Of a DNA stretch of 32,000 nt, positions 1 to 8,876 are shown piece by piece (position 1 is the first letter of the stretch; every line of letters begins with the position of its first letter). Location of the stretch: positions 7,110,001 to 7,142,000 of the forward strand of contig NZ_CP042911.1 of NCBI RefSeq assembly GCF_008065095.1, given 5' to 3'. Source of the DNA: Gemmata obscuriglobus. Its GTDB lineage: Bacteria; Planctomycetota; Planctomycetia; Gemmatales; Gemmataceae. The notes under the pieces are model-generated. The model saw only the letters and a program-made list of their open reading frames with translations, did not search any database and was not told the origin of the DNA. The translations under genes were made by a program, and so were the position numbers.

Positions 1-25
1 CCACAAAAAGCACAAGCCACAAACA

Positions 26-158
26 GAAGAGATTGGCCACAAAAAAGCACAAAAAGCACAAAAGGGAACCAAAACCAGAAGCAAAAGAGTTGTGTTGATA
101 TCAATCTCTTGTTTTGCTCTTTGGTTTCCTTTTGTGCTTTTTTGTGGCCAATCTCTTC
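26..158. repeat. A-rich imperfect long inverted repeat (REP-like hairpin) immediately 3' of xylA
   Basis: Bases 26-54 (gaagagattggccacaaaaaagcacaaaa) are the exact reverse complement of 130-158. A central palindrome ttgatatcaa sits at 95-104, and the left arm carries ~15 extra nt. G+C is ~42% over 1-60 by hand count. Bases 1-25 look like a further partial copy of the ccacaaa(a)agcaca unit. Confidence 0.8.
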
Positions 159-162
159 GGCT

Positions 163-1476
163 TTACTTGAGGTAGCGATTAATGATGTTCTCGATCAGCT
201 CCTGGCGGCCGGACACGTTGGGCTCCGCCTCGCCCTTCTTTAGCATGTAGGCTTCCAGTTCTTCGAACTTCACCTTGCCGGCCTCAATGTCCGCGCCCAC
301 GCCCGAGTCCCAGCTCGCGTACCGCTTCTTCACCATGTCCTTCAGAACACCGTCCTTCCGCATCGCGGCGGCGATCTTCAGGCCATGGGCGAACGCGTCC
401 ATCCCGCCGATGTGCGCGTGGAACAGGTCGATCGGCTCGAAGCTGTCGCGCCGCACCTTCGCGTCGAAGTTCATCCCGCCCGACCCGATCCCCCCCTGGT
501 TCAGCACGATCAGCATCACCTGCGCGGTCAGGTACAGGTCCGTCGGGAACTGGTCCGTGTCCCACCCGAGCAGCGGGTCGCCGCGGTTGGCGTCGATGCT
601 CCCGAGCATCCCGTTGATGCTCGCGTACTCCAGTTCATGCCCCATTGTGTGCTTGGCCAGCGTCGCGTGGTTCGTCTCGACGTTGAACTTGAACTCCTTC
701 TCCAGGCCGTAGCTGCGGAGGAACGCGAGCGAGTTGGCGCAGTCGAAGTCGTACTGGTGCGAGGTCGGCTCGTGCGGCTTCGGCTCGATCAGGAACGCGC
801 CCGTGAACCCGATCTTCTTCTTGTACTCCACCGCCATGTGGAAGAACTTCGCGAGGTGGTCCAGCTCGCGCTTGAGGTCGGTGTTCCAGAGGGTCATGTA
901 CCCCTCGCGCCCGCCCCAGAACACGTAGTTCTCGCCGCCCAGCTCCTTGGTCGCTTCAAGCGCCTTCTTCACCTGCGCGGCGGAGTACGCGAACACGTCC
1001 GCGTTGCAACTGGTGCTGGCGCCGTGGACGAACCGCTTGTTGCTGAACAGGTTCGCGGTGCCCCACAGCAGCTTGATGCCGGTGCGGGCCTGCGCCTCCT
1101 TCAGCTTCGCCACCACCGAGTCGAGGATCTTGTTCGTCTCGGCGAGGTTCGCGCCTTCCGGCGCGATGTCGCGGTCGTGCCAGCAGTAGTACGGCACGCC
1201 GAGCTTCTCCATGAACTCGAACGCCACGTCCACCCGCTTGAGCGCCATCGCGGGGCTGTCGGTGCCGTCCTCCCACGGCCGGATCGCGCACCCGGGGCCG
1301 AACGGGTCGGAGCCGGTGCCGCGGAACGTGTGCCAGTAGCACACCGCGAACCGCAGGTGGTCCTTCATCGACTTGCCCTCGACGAGCTCGTCGGGGTTGT
1401 AGTGCCGGTACGCCAGCGGGTTGGTGCTGTCCGGGCCTTCGTACTTGATCTTCGGCACGTCCGGGAAGAACGACAT
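163..1476 (-). CDS. xylA: Xylose isomerase (class II)
   Basis: Track ORF 163..1722 trimmed to the ATG at 1474-1476 ([17 protein letters not shown]...), giving 437 aa. XylA hallmark blocks are present: [56 protein letters not shown]. Confidence 0.95.
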   Translation of the reverse strand: MSFFPDVPKIKYEGPDSTNPLAYRHYNPDELVEGKSMKDHLRFAVCYWHTFRGTGSDPFGPGCAIRPWEDGTDSPAMALKRVDVAFEFMEKLGVPYYCWHDRDIAPEGANLAETNKILDSVVAKLKEAQARTGIKLLWGTANLFSNKRFVHGASTSCNADVFAYSAAQVKKALEATKELGGENYVFWGGREGYMTLWNTDLKRELDHLAKFFHMAVEYKKKIGFTGAFLIEPKPHEPTSHQYDFDCANSLAFLRSYGLEKEFKFNVETNHATLAKHTMGHELEYASINGMLGSIDANRGDPLLGWDTDQFPTDLYLTAQVMLIVLNQGGIGSGGMNFDAKVRRDSFEPIDLFHAHIGGMDAFAHGLKIAAAMRKDGVLKDMVKKRYASWDSGVGADIEAGKVKFEELEAYMLKKGEAEPNVSGRQELIENIINRYLK

Positions 1477-1600
1477 GGATGCCGCCTGTCGGTGAGAGGA
1501 TTTGGGGTCGTGAAGTGAGCGTAGCGGTTCGCGCCGCGCGCGGGTAGGATGTCGTGCGGCGGCTTTCCTGGTTATCCCATTTCTTGATGGGGAAAGTGCC

Positions 1601-2005
1601 GTGTCTGAGCCCGTTGAGTTTCCCGTTCCGGCCGACGACCTCCGGTTCCTCGAACGCGCGGCGCGGGAGCGGTCGCCACCGCCCCCGGTCGGCCGCGACC
1701 CACCGCGGGTGTCGTACCTCACCGCCGCCTCGATGCAGACGCTCTACGGGTACGTGTGGAGGTGGCGCCGGCTGCGGGGGCGCGAGTTGCGGCGGTGGGA
1801 ACCGCCGACCGGGTTCGCGAACGTCGTGTGCGTGGGTGTGGCCTCCGTGTCGCTCGCCGTCGAACTGATTTACTTCATCGTGTGCCGGCCCGATTTGGGG
1901 AACCGGCAGATTCGGGCGAGGCTCGTCACACCGCGCGACGTGCAGCGGATCGTGTACCTGCGGATCGGGACCGCCCGCGGGCTCCTGAACCGCGTCCGAA
2001 TGTGA
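1601..2005 (+). CDS. Hypothetical protein with one hydrophobic helix
   Basis: GTG-initiated ORF with G/C-dominated third positions throughout. Predicted helix [21 protein letters not shown]. No family recognised. Divergent from xylA. Confidence 0.5.
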   Translation: MSEPVEFPVPADDLRFLERAARERSPPPPVGRDPPRVSYLTAASMQTLYGYVWRWRRLRGRELRRWEPPTGFANVVCVGVASVSLAVELIYFIVCRPDLGNRQIRARLVTPRDVQRIVYLRIGTARGLLNRVRM

Positions 2006-2010
2006 CCGCG

Positions 2011-2038
2011 CCGGGCCGCTCTCGAACGAGCGGCCCGG
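2011..2038. terminator. GC-rich hairpin between convergent genes (probable bidirectional terminator)
   Basis: ccgggccgctc (2011-2021) / loop tcgaac / gagcggcccgg (2028-2038) forms an 11-bp perfect stem. It lies between the stop of 1601..2005 (+) and the stop of cysNC (-). Confidence 0.6.
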
Positions 2039-2071
2039 TGACCCTTTCAAGGACCCGCAGGGCCGCGCACG

Positions 2072-3988
2072 CTAGTGCAGAATGCCTTTCGCCTTCATCA
2101 GGTCGATGACGCGGTTGACGCACTCCTCGACACCGACCTTGTCGGTTTGAAGCACCAGGTCGGGCGATTGCGGCTCCTCGAACGCCGCGGTCACGCCCGG
2201 CATCTGGGCGATCTTGCCCTCGTCGGCCAGCCGGTACGCGCCGCTCTGGTCGCGCGCCCGCAGCACCTCCATCGGCGCCGTGCAGAACACCTCCAAAACG
2301 CGGTCGCGGCCGATCAACTGCTTCGCCTTCTCGCGCACCGCCTCGTGCGGGGCCACGAACGCCGCGACGGTGATCACGCCCGCGTCGTTCATCAGCTTTG
2401 CCACCTCGGCCGACCGGCGCAGGTTCTCGGAGCGGTCGTCCGCGGTGAACCCCAGATCGCGGTTCAGCCCGTGCCGCATGTTCTGGCCGTACAGCACCGT
2501 CACCGCCCGGCCCTCGTCCCACAGCCGGCGCTCCAGGGCGTAGGCGATGCGGCTCTTGCCGCTGCCGGTCAGCCCGACCAGCAGCACCGTGACCGGCTTC
2601 TGCCCGAACCGCCGCTCCCGCTCGGCCGGGGCGATCAGGCTCTCGCGGGCCTTCGCGGTGACCACCGCCTCCGCCTGCCGCGCCCCCCCCGCCTCCAGGA
2701 TCATCCCTGCCCCGACCGTGTTGTTCGTCAGCCGGTCGATCAGGATGAACGCCCCGGTCGCGGCGTTGGTGCGGTACGGGTCGCACGCCAGGGGCTGCGT
2801 CAGGCTGAGCTGGACGTGCCCGACCTCGTTCAGCTCCAGCCGCGCGACGGTCCGGTGCTCGAGCGTGTTAACGTCCACGCCGTAGCGGAACGCCGCGACC
2901 TCCGCCGTCACCTGCCGCGTGGTCTGCTTCAGCGTGTACGTCCGGCCGGGCACGAACGGCTGCTCGGCCATCCACACCACCATTGCCTCGATCTGGCGGC
3001 TGACGTGGGGCGGGCTGTCGGGCCGCACCAGCACGTCGCCGCGGCTGACGTCCACCTCGTCCGCCAGCGTGACGGTCACGGCCTGCGGCGCGAACGCCTC
3101 GTCCTGCTCGCCGTCGTAGGTCACGATCGACTTCACCCGGCTGCGTTTGCCCGACGGCAGCACCATCACCTCGTCGCCCTTGCGGACGATGCCGGACGCG
3201 ACGGTGCCCGCGAACCCGCGGAAGTCGAGGTTCGGGCGGATCACGTACTGCACCGGGAACCGCAGGTCGGTGAGGTTGCGGTCGCTGGCGATGTGGACCG
3301 TTTCCAGGTGGTCCAGGAGCGCCGGGCCGTGATACCAGGGCATCGCGTCGCTCTTGGACGCGACGTTGTCCCCCTTCAGCGCCGACATCGGGATGAACGT
3401 GATGTCCGGCAGGCCGAGCTTGGCGACGAACCCGGTGTAGTCGTCCTTGATCCGCTCGAACACCTCCTGCGAGTGCCCGACGAGGTCCATCTTGTTGACG
3501 GCGACGACGACGTGCCGGATACCCAGGAGCGACACGATGAACGAGTGCCGGCGCGTCTGGGTCTGCACGCCGTGGCGGGCGTCGATGAGGATGATGGCGA
3601 GCTGGCACGTCGAGGCGCCGGTGGCCATGTTCCGCGTGTACTGCTCGTGGCCGGGCGTGTCGGCGATGATGAACTTGCGGCGGTCGGTCGAGAAGTACCG
3701 GTACGCCACGTCGATGGTGATGCCCTGCTCGCGCTCGGCCTTGAGGCCGTCGGTGAGCAGCGCGAGGTCGATCTCCCCGGCGCCCGTGGTGCCGACCTTC
3801 TCGCTGTCGCGCTTCACCGCGGCGAGTTGGTCCTCGTAGATCATCTTGGTGTCGTGCAGCAGCCGCCCGATGAGCGTGCTCTTGCCGTCGTCCACGCTCC
3901 CGCAGGTGAGGAACCGCAGCAGTTCCTTCCGCTGGTGGCGGGCGAGGTAGGCGTGGATGTCTTCCTGACTCAGGTCAACGGCTTGCAT
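2072..3988 (-). CDS. cysNC: Bifunctional sulfate adenylyltransferase subunit 1 / adenylylsulfate kinase (CysN-CysC fusion)
   Basis: Track ORF 2072..4207 trimmed to the ATG at 3986-3988 ([44 protein letters not shown]). GTPase motifs [21 protein letters not shown] and NKMDL are present. The C-terminal APS-kinase domain has the P-loop GLTGSGKS. Confidence 0.93.
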   Translation of the reverse strand: MQAVDLSQEDIHAYLARHQRKELLRFLTCGSVDDGKSTLIGRLLHDTKMIYEDQLAAVKRDSEKVGTTGAGEIDLALLTDGLKAEREQGITIDVAYRYFSTDRRKFIIADTPGHEQYTRNMATGASTCQLAIILIDARHGVQTQTRRHSFIVSLLGIRHVVVAVNKMDLVGHSQEVFERIKDDYTGFVAKLGLPDITFIPMSALKGDNVASKSDAMPWYHGPALLDHLETVHIASDRNLTDLRFPVQYVIRPNLDFRGFAGTVASGIVRKGDEVMVLPSGKRSRVKSIVTYDGEQDEAFAPQAVTVTLADEVDVSRGDVLVRPDSPPHVSRQIEAMVVWMAEQPFVPGRTYTLKQTTRQVTAEVAAFRYGVDVNTLEHRTVARLELNEVGHVQLSLTQPLACDPYRTNAATGAFILIDRLTNNTVGAGMILEAGGARQAEAVVTAKARESLIAPAERERRFGQKPVTVLLVGLTGSGKSRIAYALERRLWDEGRAVTVLYGQNMRHGLNRDLGFTADDRSENLRRSAEVAKLMNDAGVITVAAFVAPHEAVREKAKQLIGRDRVLEVFCTAPMEVLRARDQSGAYRLADEGKIAQMPGVTAAFEEPQSPDLVLQTDKVGVEECVNRVIDLMKAKGILH

Positions 3989-4430
3989 TGCAGTGACTCT
4001 CAACCTTTCGGAACGCTTGCCCGAGCACCTCAATGACCCCGCTGTGGGCTCGCACAGCGTCGACGCTGCTAATAATCCACCGCACGTCACGGTATGGGGG
4101 TGACCAAGGGAAACAGCGGCCAAATAATTCGCTGTAGAGGTACCTTCGGATGGTTTCGCAGAACGCGCCTTCGTTTTGAACCAGGTTGTCGATTGAGGGA
4201 TATCCAAGGTCGTGAAGGTACTGTGGGTATGAGTCGCTTGTTCGCTCGAAATCGAGCTTCATCTCCTGCACGAAAGTGTTCGCATCAACGGCAATCAAGC
4301 CGCACACCTCGGCGACCTCAAACTTTAAGGCGTACGGGTAGAGTTGCCTCTCTACCGGTCCACCGAATCCCAGTTCTAGGTAGCTGATCCAGTAGGCCAG
4401 CGCGGGTTCGCCGTTCACTTCGCAGATCAT
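3975..4430 (-). CDS. Hypothetical protein (orfX), low-G+C orphan inserted between cysD and cysNC
   Basis: ATG at 4428-4430 is preceded by gagaagg 7 nt upstream. The 151-aa product has protein-like composition. The stop (3975-3977) overlaps the cysNC ATG by 14 nt. A 100-nt sample (4201-4300) is 50% G+C versus 73% in a cysD sample (4621-4680), both hand counts. No family recognised. Confidence 0.6.
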   Translation of the reverse strand: MICEVNGEPALAYWISYLELGFGGPVERQLYPYALKFEVAEVCGLIAVDANTFVQEMKLDFERTSDSYPQYLHDLGYPSIDNLVQNEGAFCETIRRYLYSELFGRCFPWSPPYRDVRWIISSVDAVRAHSGVIEVLGQAFRKVESHCNASR

Positions 4431-4458
4431 GGCGCAGCCTTCTCACAACTAACAGCCA

Positions 4459-5343
4459 TCAGAAGTACCCCTCGCGCTTCTTCTGCTCCATCGAGCCCGA
4501 CTCGTCGTGGTCGATCATCCGGCCCTGGCGCTCGGAGTTCTTCGCCAGGAGCATCTCCTCGATGATCTCCGGCAGGGTGGTCGCGGTGCTCTCGATCGCT
4601 CCGGTGAGCGGGTAGCAACCCAGCGTGCGGAACCGCACGCGCTTCATCATCGGCACCTCGCCGGGCCGCAGCCGCATGCGCTCGTCGTCCACCATGATGA
4701 GCGTGCCGTCGCGCTCCACGACCGGGCGCACGTCGGCGAAGTACAGCGGCACGATCGGGATGTTTTCCAGGTGGATGTACTGCCACACGTCCAGCTCGGT
4801 CCAGTTGCTCAGCGGGAACGCGCGGATGCTCTCGCCCTTGTTCACCTTACAGTTGTACAGGTTCCACAGCTCCGGCCGCTGGTTCTTCGGGTCCCACTGG
4901 TGCAAGCGGTCGCGGAAGCTGTACACGCGCTCCTTGGCCCGGCTCTTCTCCTCGTCCCGGCGGGCGCCGCCGAACGCCGCGTCGAACTGGTAGTGGTTCA
5001 GCGCCTGCTTCAGCGCCGCCGTCTTCATCACGTCGGTGTGCTTCTTCGAGCCGTGGTCGAACGGGTTGATGTTCTGGGCCAGCCCCTCCGGGTTGGTCCA
5101 GACCTTCAGGTCGAGCCCCTGCTCGCGGCAGTACCGGTCGCGGAACTCGATCATCGCCCGGAACTTCCAGGTCGTGTCGACGTGCAGCAGCGGGAACGGC
5201 AGCCGGCCGGGGTGGAACGCCTTCTGCGCCAGCCGCAGCATCACGGCCGAGTCCTTGCCGATCGAGTACAGCATCACGGGCCGCTCGAACTCGGCAGCGA
5301 CCTCGCGGATGATGTGGATGCTCTCCGCCTCCAGCACCTTCAA
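4459..5343 (-). CDS. cysD: Sulfate adenylyltransferase subunit 2
   Basis: Colinear with E. coli CysD from memory: [60 protein letters not shown]-terminal KKREGYF. The track start is TTG at 5341-5343. The true start may be ATC at 5368-5370 (see findings). Confidence 0.93.
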   Translation of the reverse strand: MKVLEAESIHIIREVAAEFERPVMLYSIGKDSAVMLRLAQKAFHPGRLPFPLLHVDTTWKFRAMIEFRDRYCREQGLDLKVWTNPEGLAQNINPFDHGSKKHTDVMKTAALKQALNHYQFDAAFGGARRDEEKSRAKERVYSFRDRLHQWDPKNQRPELWNLYNCKVNKGESIRAFPLSNWTELDVWQYIHLENIPIVPLYFADVRPVVERDGTLIMVDDERMRLRPGEVPMMKRVRFRTLGCYPLTGAIESTATTLPEIIEEMLLAKNSERQGRMIDHDESGSMEQKKREGYF

Positions 5344-6044
5344 GTGGGTGAGGTTGTAACTGCTGCTGATGGCCCGCCCTCCCTCGTGAGTCTTCTGGCA
5401 CTAATTCTATGAGATCGCCCGACCCGCAGTCGCGGTCGTCCCGATCGCAAGCGTGGCCCGAAACGGCTCCGATCCGTTCCCCCGTTCCATGCGATACGGG
5501 TGAGGAAGAACGAGCCGCGTAACCGGCGCATCGGGCATTTCCCCACCGTATTCCGACTACCCAGCACTTCCGGAAGTCCAAATCACTCCTCGCAGAGCCA
5601 TCGGCGCCAACGTCTCATCCGACCGGGCGGAATCGCCTACGGATTGAAATCGACGCAAGTATCATCACGACAAAATCTTGTGACGCATCGCCCGGCGTCT
5701 CAGGCTCGGCACCCGTTAACCTCGGCACTTGACCCGTTGCCTGAACGCGGGATTCGTGGGTAGTTCCGTACCCGCTCGCGGGTAGTCCGTGACCAATCGA
5801 ACGGCAGCGAATGTCCAGTTCCGGTCCCATCGGGTATCCACCAGTATCGGCACTGTAACCCCCGTTACAGCACGGCCCGAGTCGGGAACACTCAGACCGT
5901 CCGGGTGGCTTTCGGTCCTCGGTGCGGAAGCGACCAACGAGCGGCAAAAACGATTCGCGGCACTCGGCGTGCGACCCACACGAACGCATAGCGGAACGGG
6001 ATCCGCATTGGATGCGCACGGCTCGATCGGGAAGCCCAAAAGAG

Positions 6045-6121
6045 TTTGACAGGATCGACAGGTTAAACGGGATTTCCAATCGCTCGGTCTTCATCCGGTA
6101 AATCCTGTCGATCCTGTCAAA
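6045..6121. repeat. Perfect 18-bp inverted repeat with a 41-nt spacer (gacaggat-type REP-like element)
   Basis: tttgacaggatcgacagg (6045-6062) is the exact reverse complement of cctgtcgatcctgtcaaa (6104-6121). The spacer holds related aggat/gggattt/aaatcc motifs. Confidence 0.8.
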
Positions 6122-6387
6122 ACCGGTCTTCGTGAACACGAGGCCCACAGGGGTCGAAGCGAAGCCGCACGACCACCCATCCATTCCGCGGCCCGTTCTG
6201 ACGTCGGAAGCGTGTGGTCTCCTCGGCACGGTCAGAACATCCCCCTACCAAGCTGATGGCACGGGCGAACGCGCCGCATCCCTTGCGATCGATATGCAAA
6301 CTGAAGGTGGCGAACAGCACCTCAGAGCGCCCGGCACGCGGGCGCGGTTTCTCGGAGGCAACCGTGCTGCGGATTCCCGAGTTCCGG

Positions 6388-7098
6388 ATGCTGATCGACG
6401 CCCCGGCCGATTGCGGTCTGGCGGCGGCACCGGGCGCGTACCTGTTCGGCCCGACGCACGGAACGTTCGGCCTAGGCGTGACCCGCGCGTCCCCGGCCGA
6501 CGACACCGCCGGCGACCTGCTGTCCCTGTACGAACTGATGGCCGCCCTCGGGCCGGTCGGCACGCACGGGGCCACGATACTCAACCGGCGCGACTCGGAC
6601 GTGCCGTTCATCGGGGCGATCCGCAACCCGGACACCGCCGAACTATTCCTCCTCGCGCCCTTCAACCACGCGGGACTCGCCGAACCCGAGTTGCGCCGCG
6701 AATGCGCGCGGCTCATCGGGTACGTGAGTTTCGTGAGCCCGGCGATGGAAAGCTGGACCTCCGTGCTGTCCGGAACGGTGATGGTCGGCGCCGACACCTA
6801 CCGCAGCACTCCCGGGGCGGGCGGGTATACGGTCGAGGAGCGGTACACGTTCCGAACCGACGGGATTTACGAGCGGGTCAAGGAAACGCAGGTCACGGTC
6901 GGCGTGGGCGGGCTGTCCGCCAGCCGCACCGGGCGCGAGCGCGAAGTCGGCTCGTGGGACGTTATCAGCACGGACGGGCGCCCGGCCCTGCGGCTCGACG
7001 ACGCGGACGGTAACCGCCGCGTGCTGGCTCTGACCCGGCGCGGCCCGGACGTTCTGCTCGACGGCGAGCGGTTCGTTCTTGACCGGTTTCGATCCTGA
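6388..7098 (+). CDS. Hypothetical protein
   Basis: Track ORF 6214..7098 trimmed to the first ATG (6388-6390, MLIDAPADCGL...); GTG at 6364 is an alternative. Third-position G/C bias is strong across the ORF. No family recognised. Confidence 0.6.
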   Translation: MLIDAPADCGLAAAPGAYLFGPTHGTFGLGVTRASPADDTAGDLLSLYELMAALGPVGTHGATILNRRDSDVPFIGAIRNPDTAELFLLAPFNHAGLAEPELRRECARLIGYVSFVSPAMESWTSVLSGTVMVGADTYRSTPGAGGYTVEERYTFRTDGIYERVKETQVTVGVGGLSASRTGREREVGSWDVISTDGRPALRLDDADGNRRVLALTRRGPDVLLDGERFVLDRFRS

Positions 7099-7130
7099 TT
7101 ACGGCACGTCTGTGCTCCACGCGTATGCGG

Positions 7131-7400
7131 TCACGACACGCCGTCGGCCGCATACGCCGCGGCCGTCAGCGCCACGGCAAGTGCCCGGGCTTGTGCCGGA
7201 GTTAGCTCCAACTCGGTGTTCGCGCTGATGTCAGCGTCAACCAGTCGCTCGCTCTCCAGTTCGAGCCCCGAAATGTTAGCTGCCGCGCTGACCTGCCACG
7301 TTTCGATGTTGACCAATCCCGGATGGACTTGGCCGATCACCTCAACGAAACCCTGGCGGTATTTCACCGCGTCACACCGCACACGAAAACCGTTAGCCAC
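7131..7400 (-). CDS. Hypothetical small protein (89 aa)
   Basis: GTG start at 7398-7400, verified codon by codon down to TGA at 7131-7133. It is the last gene of a same-strand run of small ORFs. No family recognised. Confidence 0.5.
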   Translation of the reverse strand: MANGFRVRCDAVKYRQGFVEVIGQVHPGLVNIETWQVSAAANISGLELESERLVDADISANTELELTPAQARALAVALTAAAYAADGVS

Positions 7401-7488
7401 GAGAACCTCGCCGAGCTAAACGTCCCCAGCCCTATCCGGAAGAAGCTACCGACACGAATTGGCTGGCGAGCCTTGATGTCGTTAACCC

Positions 7489-7887
7489 TCATTCACCGCG
7501 CACCAGTAGCCCTTCCGTGCGCTGCCCGTCGGGCGTTTCAAGAACGAGGGTGAGGAAATCGATCCCCGGCCTCGTCTGCTCTTCCAGTACGACAGCACCG
7601 GACGTGTCGCGCACGCGGACGACACACGCGCCATTCGGACCGGGGTGGTAGTACAGGAACCCCGGCAGCCGTCGCCGGTACGGGCCGGGCATGTCGGGCG
7701 TGTACTTGACGCGCCAACCCTCCGCGAGCGAGTCTCGGCACAGTTCGTCGAGAGTGAAAGTCGGTCCGACGCTGGACCTGTCCGAGACGGCGCGTTGGCG
7801 TGCCCACCGGTCGTAGGACACTGCGAACGCCAAGGTCGTGAGGGCCACGACGCACCCAACGATCCAGACCCGACGCTGTGAGAACAT
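7489..7887 (-). CDS. Hypothetical protein with N-terminal signal anchor
   Basis: Track ORF trimmed to the ATG at 7885-7887 (MFSQRRVWIVGCVVALTTLAFAVS...). One hydrophobic N-terminal helix. No family recognised. Confidence 0.55.
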   Translation of the reverse strand: MFSQRRVWIVGCVVALTTLAFAVSYDRWARQRAVSDRSSVGPTFTLDELCRDSLAEGWRVKYTPDMPGPYRRRLPGFLYYHPGPNGACVVRVRDTSGAVVLEEQTRPGIDFLTLVLETPDGQRTEGLLVRGE

Positions 7888-7974
7888 GTCGCGCGACCTC
7901 ACCCTTTGCTCGCTGGATTTGAAGCTCGCTGATCCGGCCGCAACTCCAGCACGTGGCGAGCAGTAAGAAACGAA

Positions 7975-8406
7975 TCATGTGGTTGGGTCCGGTGCCGCAT
8001 CCGCGGCGGCACGTGCCCACACTTGCCTCAGTTGGGTAATCTGATCGGGACTGAGCAACTCCCCGATCGGCACGTCCTGACCCCGCTCCCACTGGATGGC
8101 CCGGAGTTGACCCGGGGGCGGGACCAGACCGCCGTCCGCCGCCCACACACCCGTCGCCTGGAAGAACCGGCCGCAAACCTCGGTGCCGTCGCCCAGTTCG
8201 CGGCCGATTGTGGTCAGGTGTGACACGCCCACCAGACGCATCCCGGCCGGCGGTTCGGCAGCGTATGCCAGCCCCCATGCGACGGCCTTGCGGTACGCCT
8301 CGGTCGCGTCTGTGGCGTCGAACACCACGTTCGACGCTTCGCAGCGGTAGTCGGCGCGATCCGGGCGCGGCGGTTCGGCGAACAGTAATTCCGCAAGATA
8401 CCACAT
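7975..8406 (-). CDS. Hypothetical protein, DUF4288-like N-terminal domain
   Basis: Trimmed to the ATG at 8404-8406 (MWYLAELLFAE...). The pattern WY.A.LLF ... E.S..VF.A.....AY.KA ... G.EL.DGTEV.GRFF matches my recollection of DUF4288. Not verified by search. Confidence 0.55.
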   Translation of the reverse strand: MWYLAELLFAEPPRPDRADYRCEASNVVFDATDATEAYRKAVAWGLAYAAEPPAGMRLVGVSHLTTIGRELGDGTEVCGRFFQATGVWAADGGLVPPPGQLRAIQWERGQDVPIGELLSPDQITQLRQVWARAAADAAPDPTT

Positions 8407-8456
8407 ACCTTCCGCACCTCCGGTTGCCGGAACTCGAACGGCCAACGGCACGCGGA

Positions 8457-8876
8457 CTAAACGACCGTGTCCAAGGCCACACCGGAAGCCAACTGGGTCT
8501 CGTACCGCTCACGGTCGAAAGTAAACGGGCCGAGGTTGTAGTGCCAGTGCGGCCGGTGGAACCGCCCGAACTCGGACCAGACGACCACTTCCGGCAGCAA
8601 CGTAACACGCACCTGAACGAACCAGCATTGGGTAATGCCGCAGGTGCAACCCAACACCGTGGCCTTGGTGCGCCGCGGGTCGTCCGGATCGAGTACGAAC
8701 CCCGGATCGCGTGGGCAGTCAAGCCGTTCGCGACTCGGCTGTAGCAACTGGGCGGCAGGCAGGTAGTGATGGTCCCCTGGCTCGAATCTGAACTCGTCGG
8801 GGTTCTCGGCTTCCGGGGAGCCGCTCCAGGTATTCGGCCCGCGCCCACGGTTCCTCCGCGCTCCGAGCCAGTTCAA
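8457..8876 (-). CDS. Hypothetical protein (Cys-x-Cys-Gly...Cys, Trp-rich C-terminal half)
   Basis: The coding signal is convincing from about WSGSPEAENPDEF onward (LGCTCGITQCWFVQVRVTLLPEVVVWSEFGRFHRPHWHYNLGPFTFDRERYE). The only in-frame start is TTG at 8874-8876, so the 5' end is uncertain (see findings). Confidence 0.5.
   Translation of the reverse strand: MNWLGARRNRGRGPNTWSGSPEAENPDEFRFEPGDHHYLPAAQLLQPSRERLDCPRDPGFVLDPDDPRRTKATVLGCTCGITQCWFVQVRVTLLPEVVVWSEFGRFHRPHWHYNLGPFTFDRERYETQLASGVALDTVV

Noticed and set aside
385-1518. Long antisense or overlapping ORFs on the opposite strand of, or out of frame with, confident genes. Examples: 385..1518 +, 956..2050 -, 2075..4036 +, 1926..2786 -, 4507..5412 +, 11117..12046 +, 19322..20740 -, 19948..21060 +, 27266..28276 -, 27913..29184 +, 29681..30787 -, 30021..30986 -.
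   Set aside because: Their translations are Arg/Ala/Gly/Pro-rich with no recognisable motifs. They are the usual stop-codon-poor shadow frames of high-G+C coding DNA, and each overlaps a gene with a clear family signature.
163-1722. 5' extensions of track ORFs beyond the chosen start codons (xylA to 1722, cysNC to 4207, BBP7 to 18310, SDR to 23938, the beta-lactamase-family gene to 12747, and others).
   Set aside because: The extensions are Arg/Gly-rich and non-homologous. The family-conserved N-termini or signal peptides begin at the internal ATG or GTG that I used.
5404-6044. Possibility that the gene-free region is a known structured RNA (RNase P RNA, tmRNA, SRP RNA, or a SAM, cobalamin, ZTP or ykkC riboswitch).
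   Set aside because: I looked on both strands for the hallmark strings I remember: GAGGAAAGTCCGGGC and ACAGAAACCCGGCTTA for RNase P; a GGTTCGA...CCACCA 3' end for tmRNA; AGGTCAGGTCCGGAAGGAAGCAGCC for SRP; and the riboswitch cores. Only weak partial resemblances turned up, for example accgggcggaatcgcc. This cannot be excluded without a covariance-model scan.
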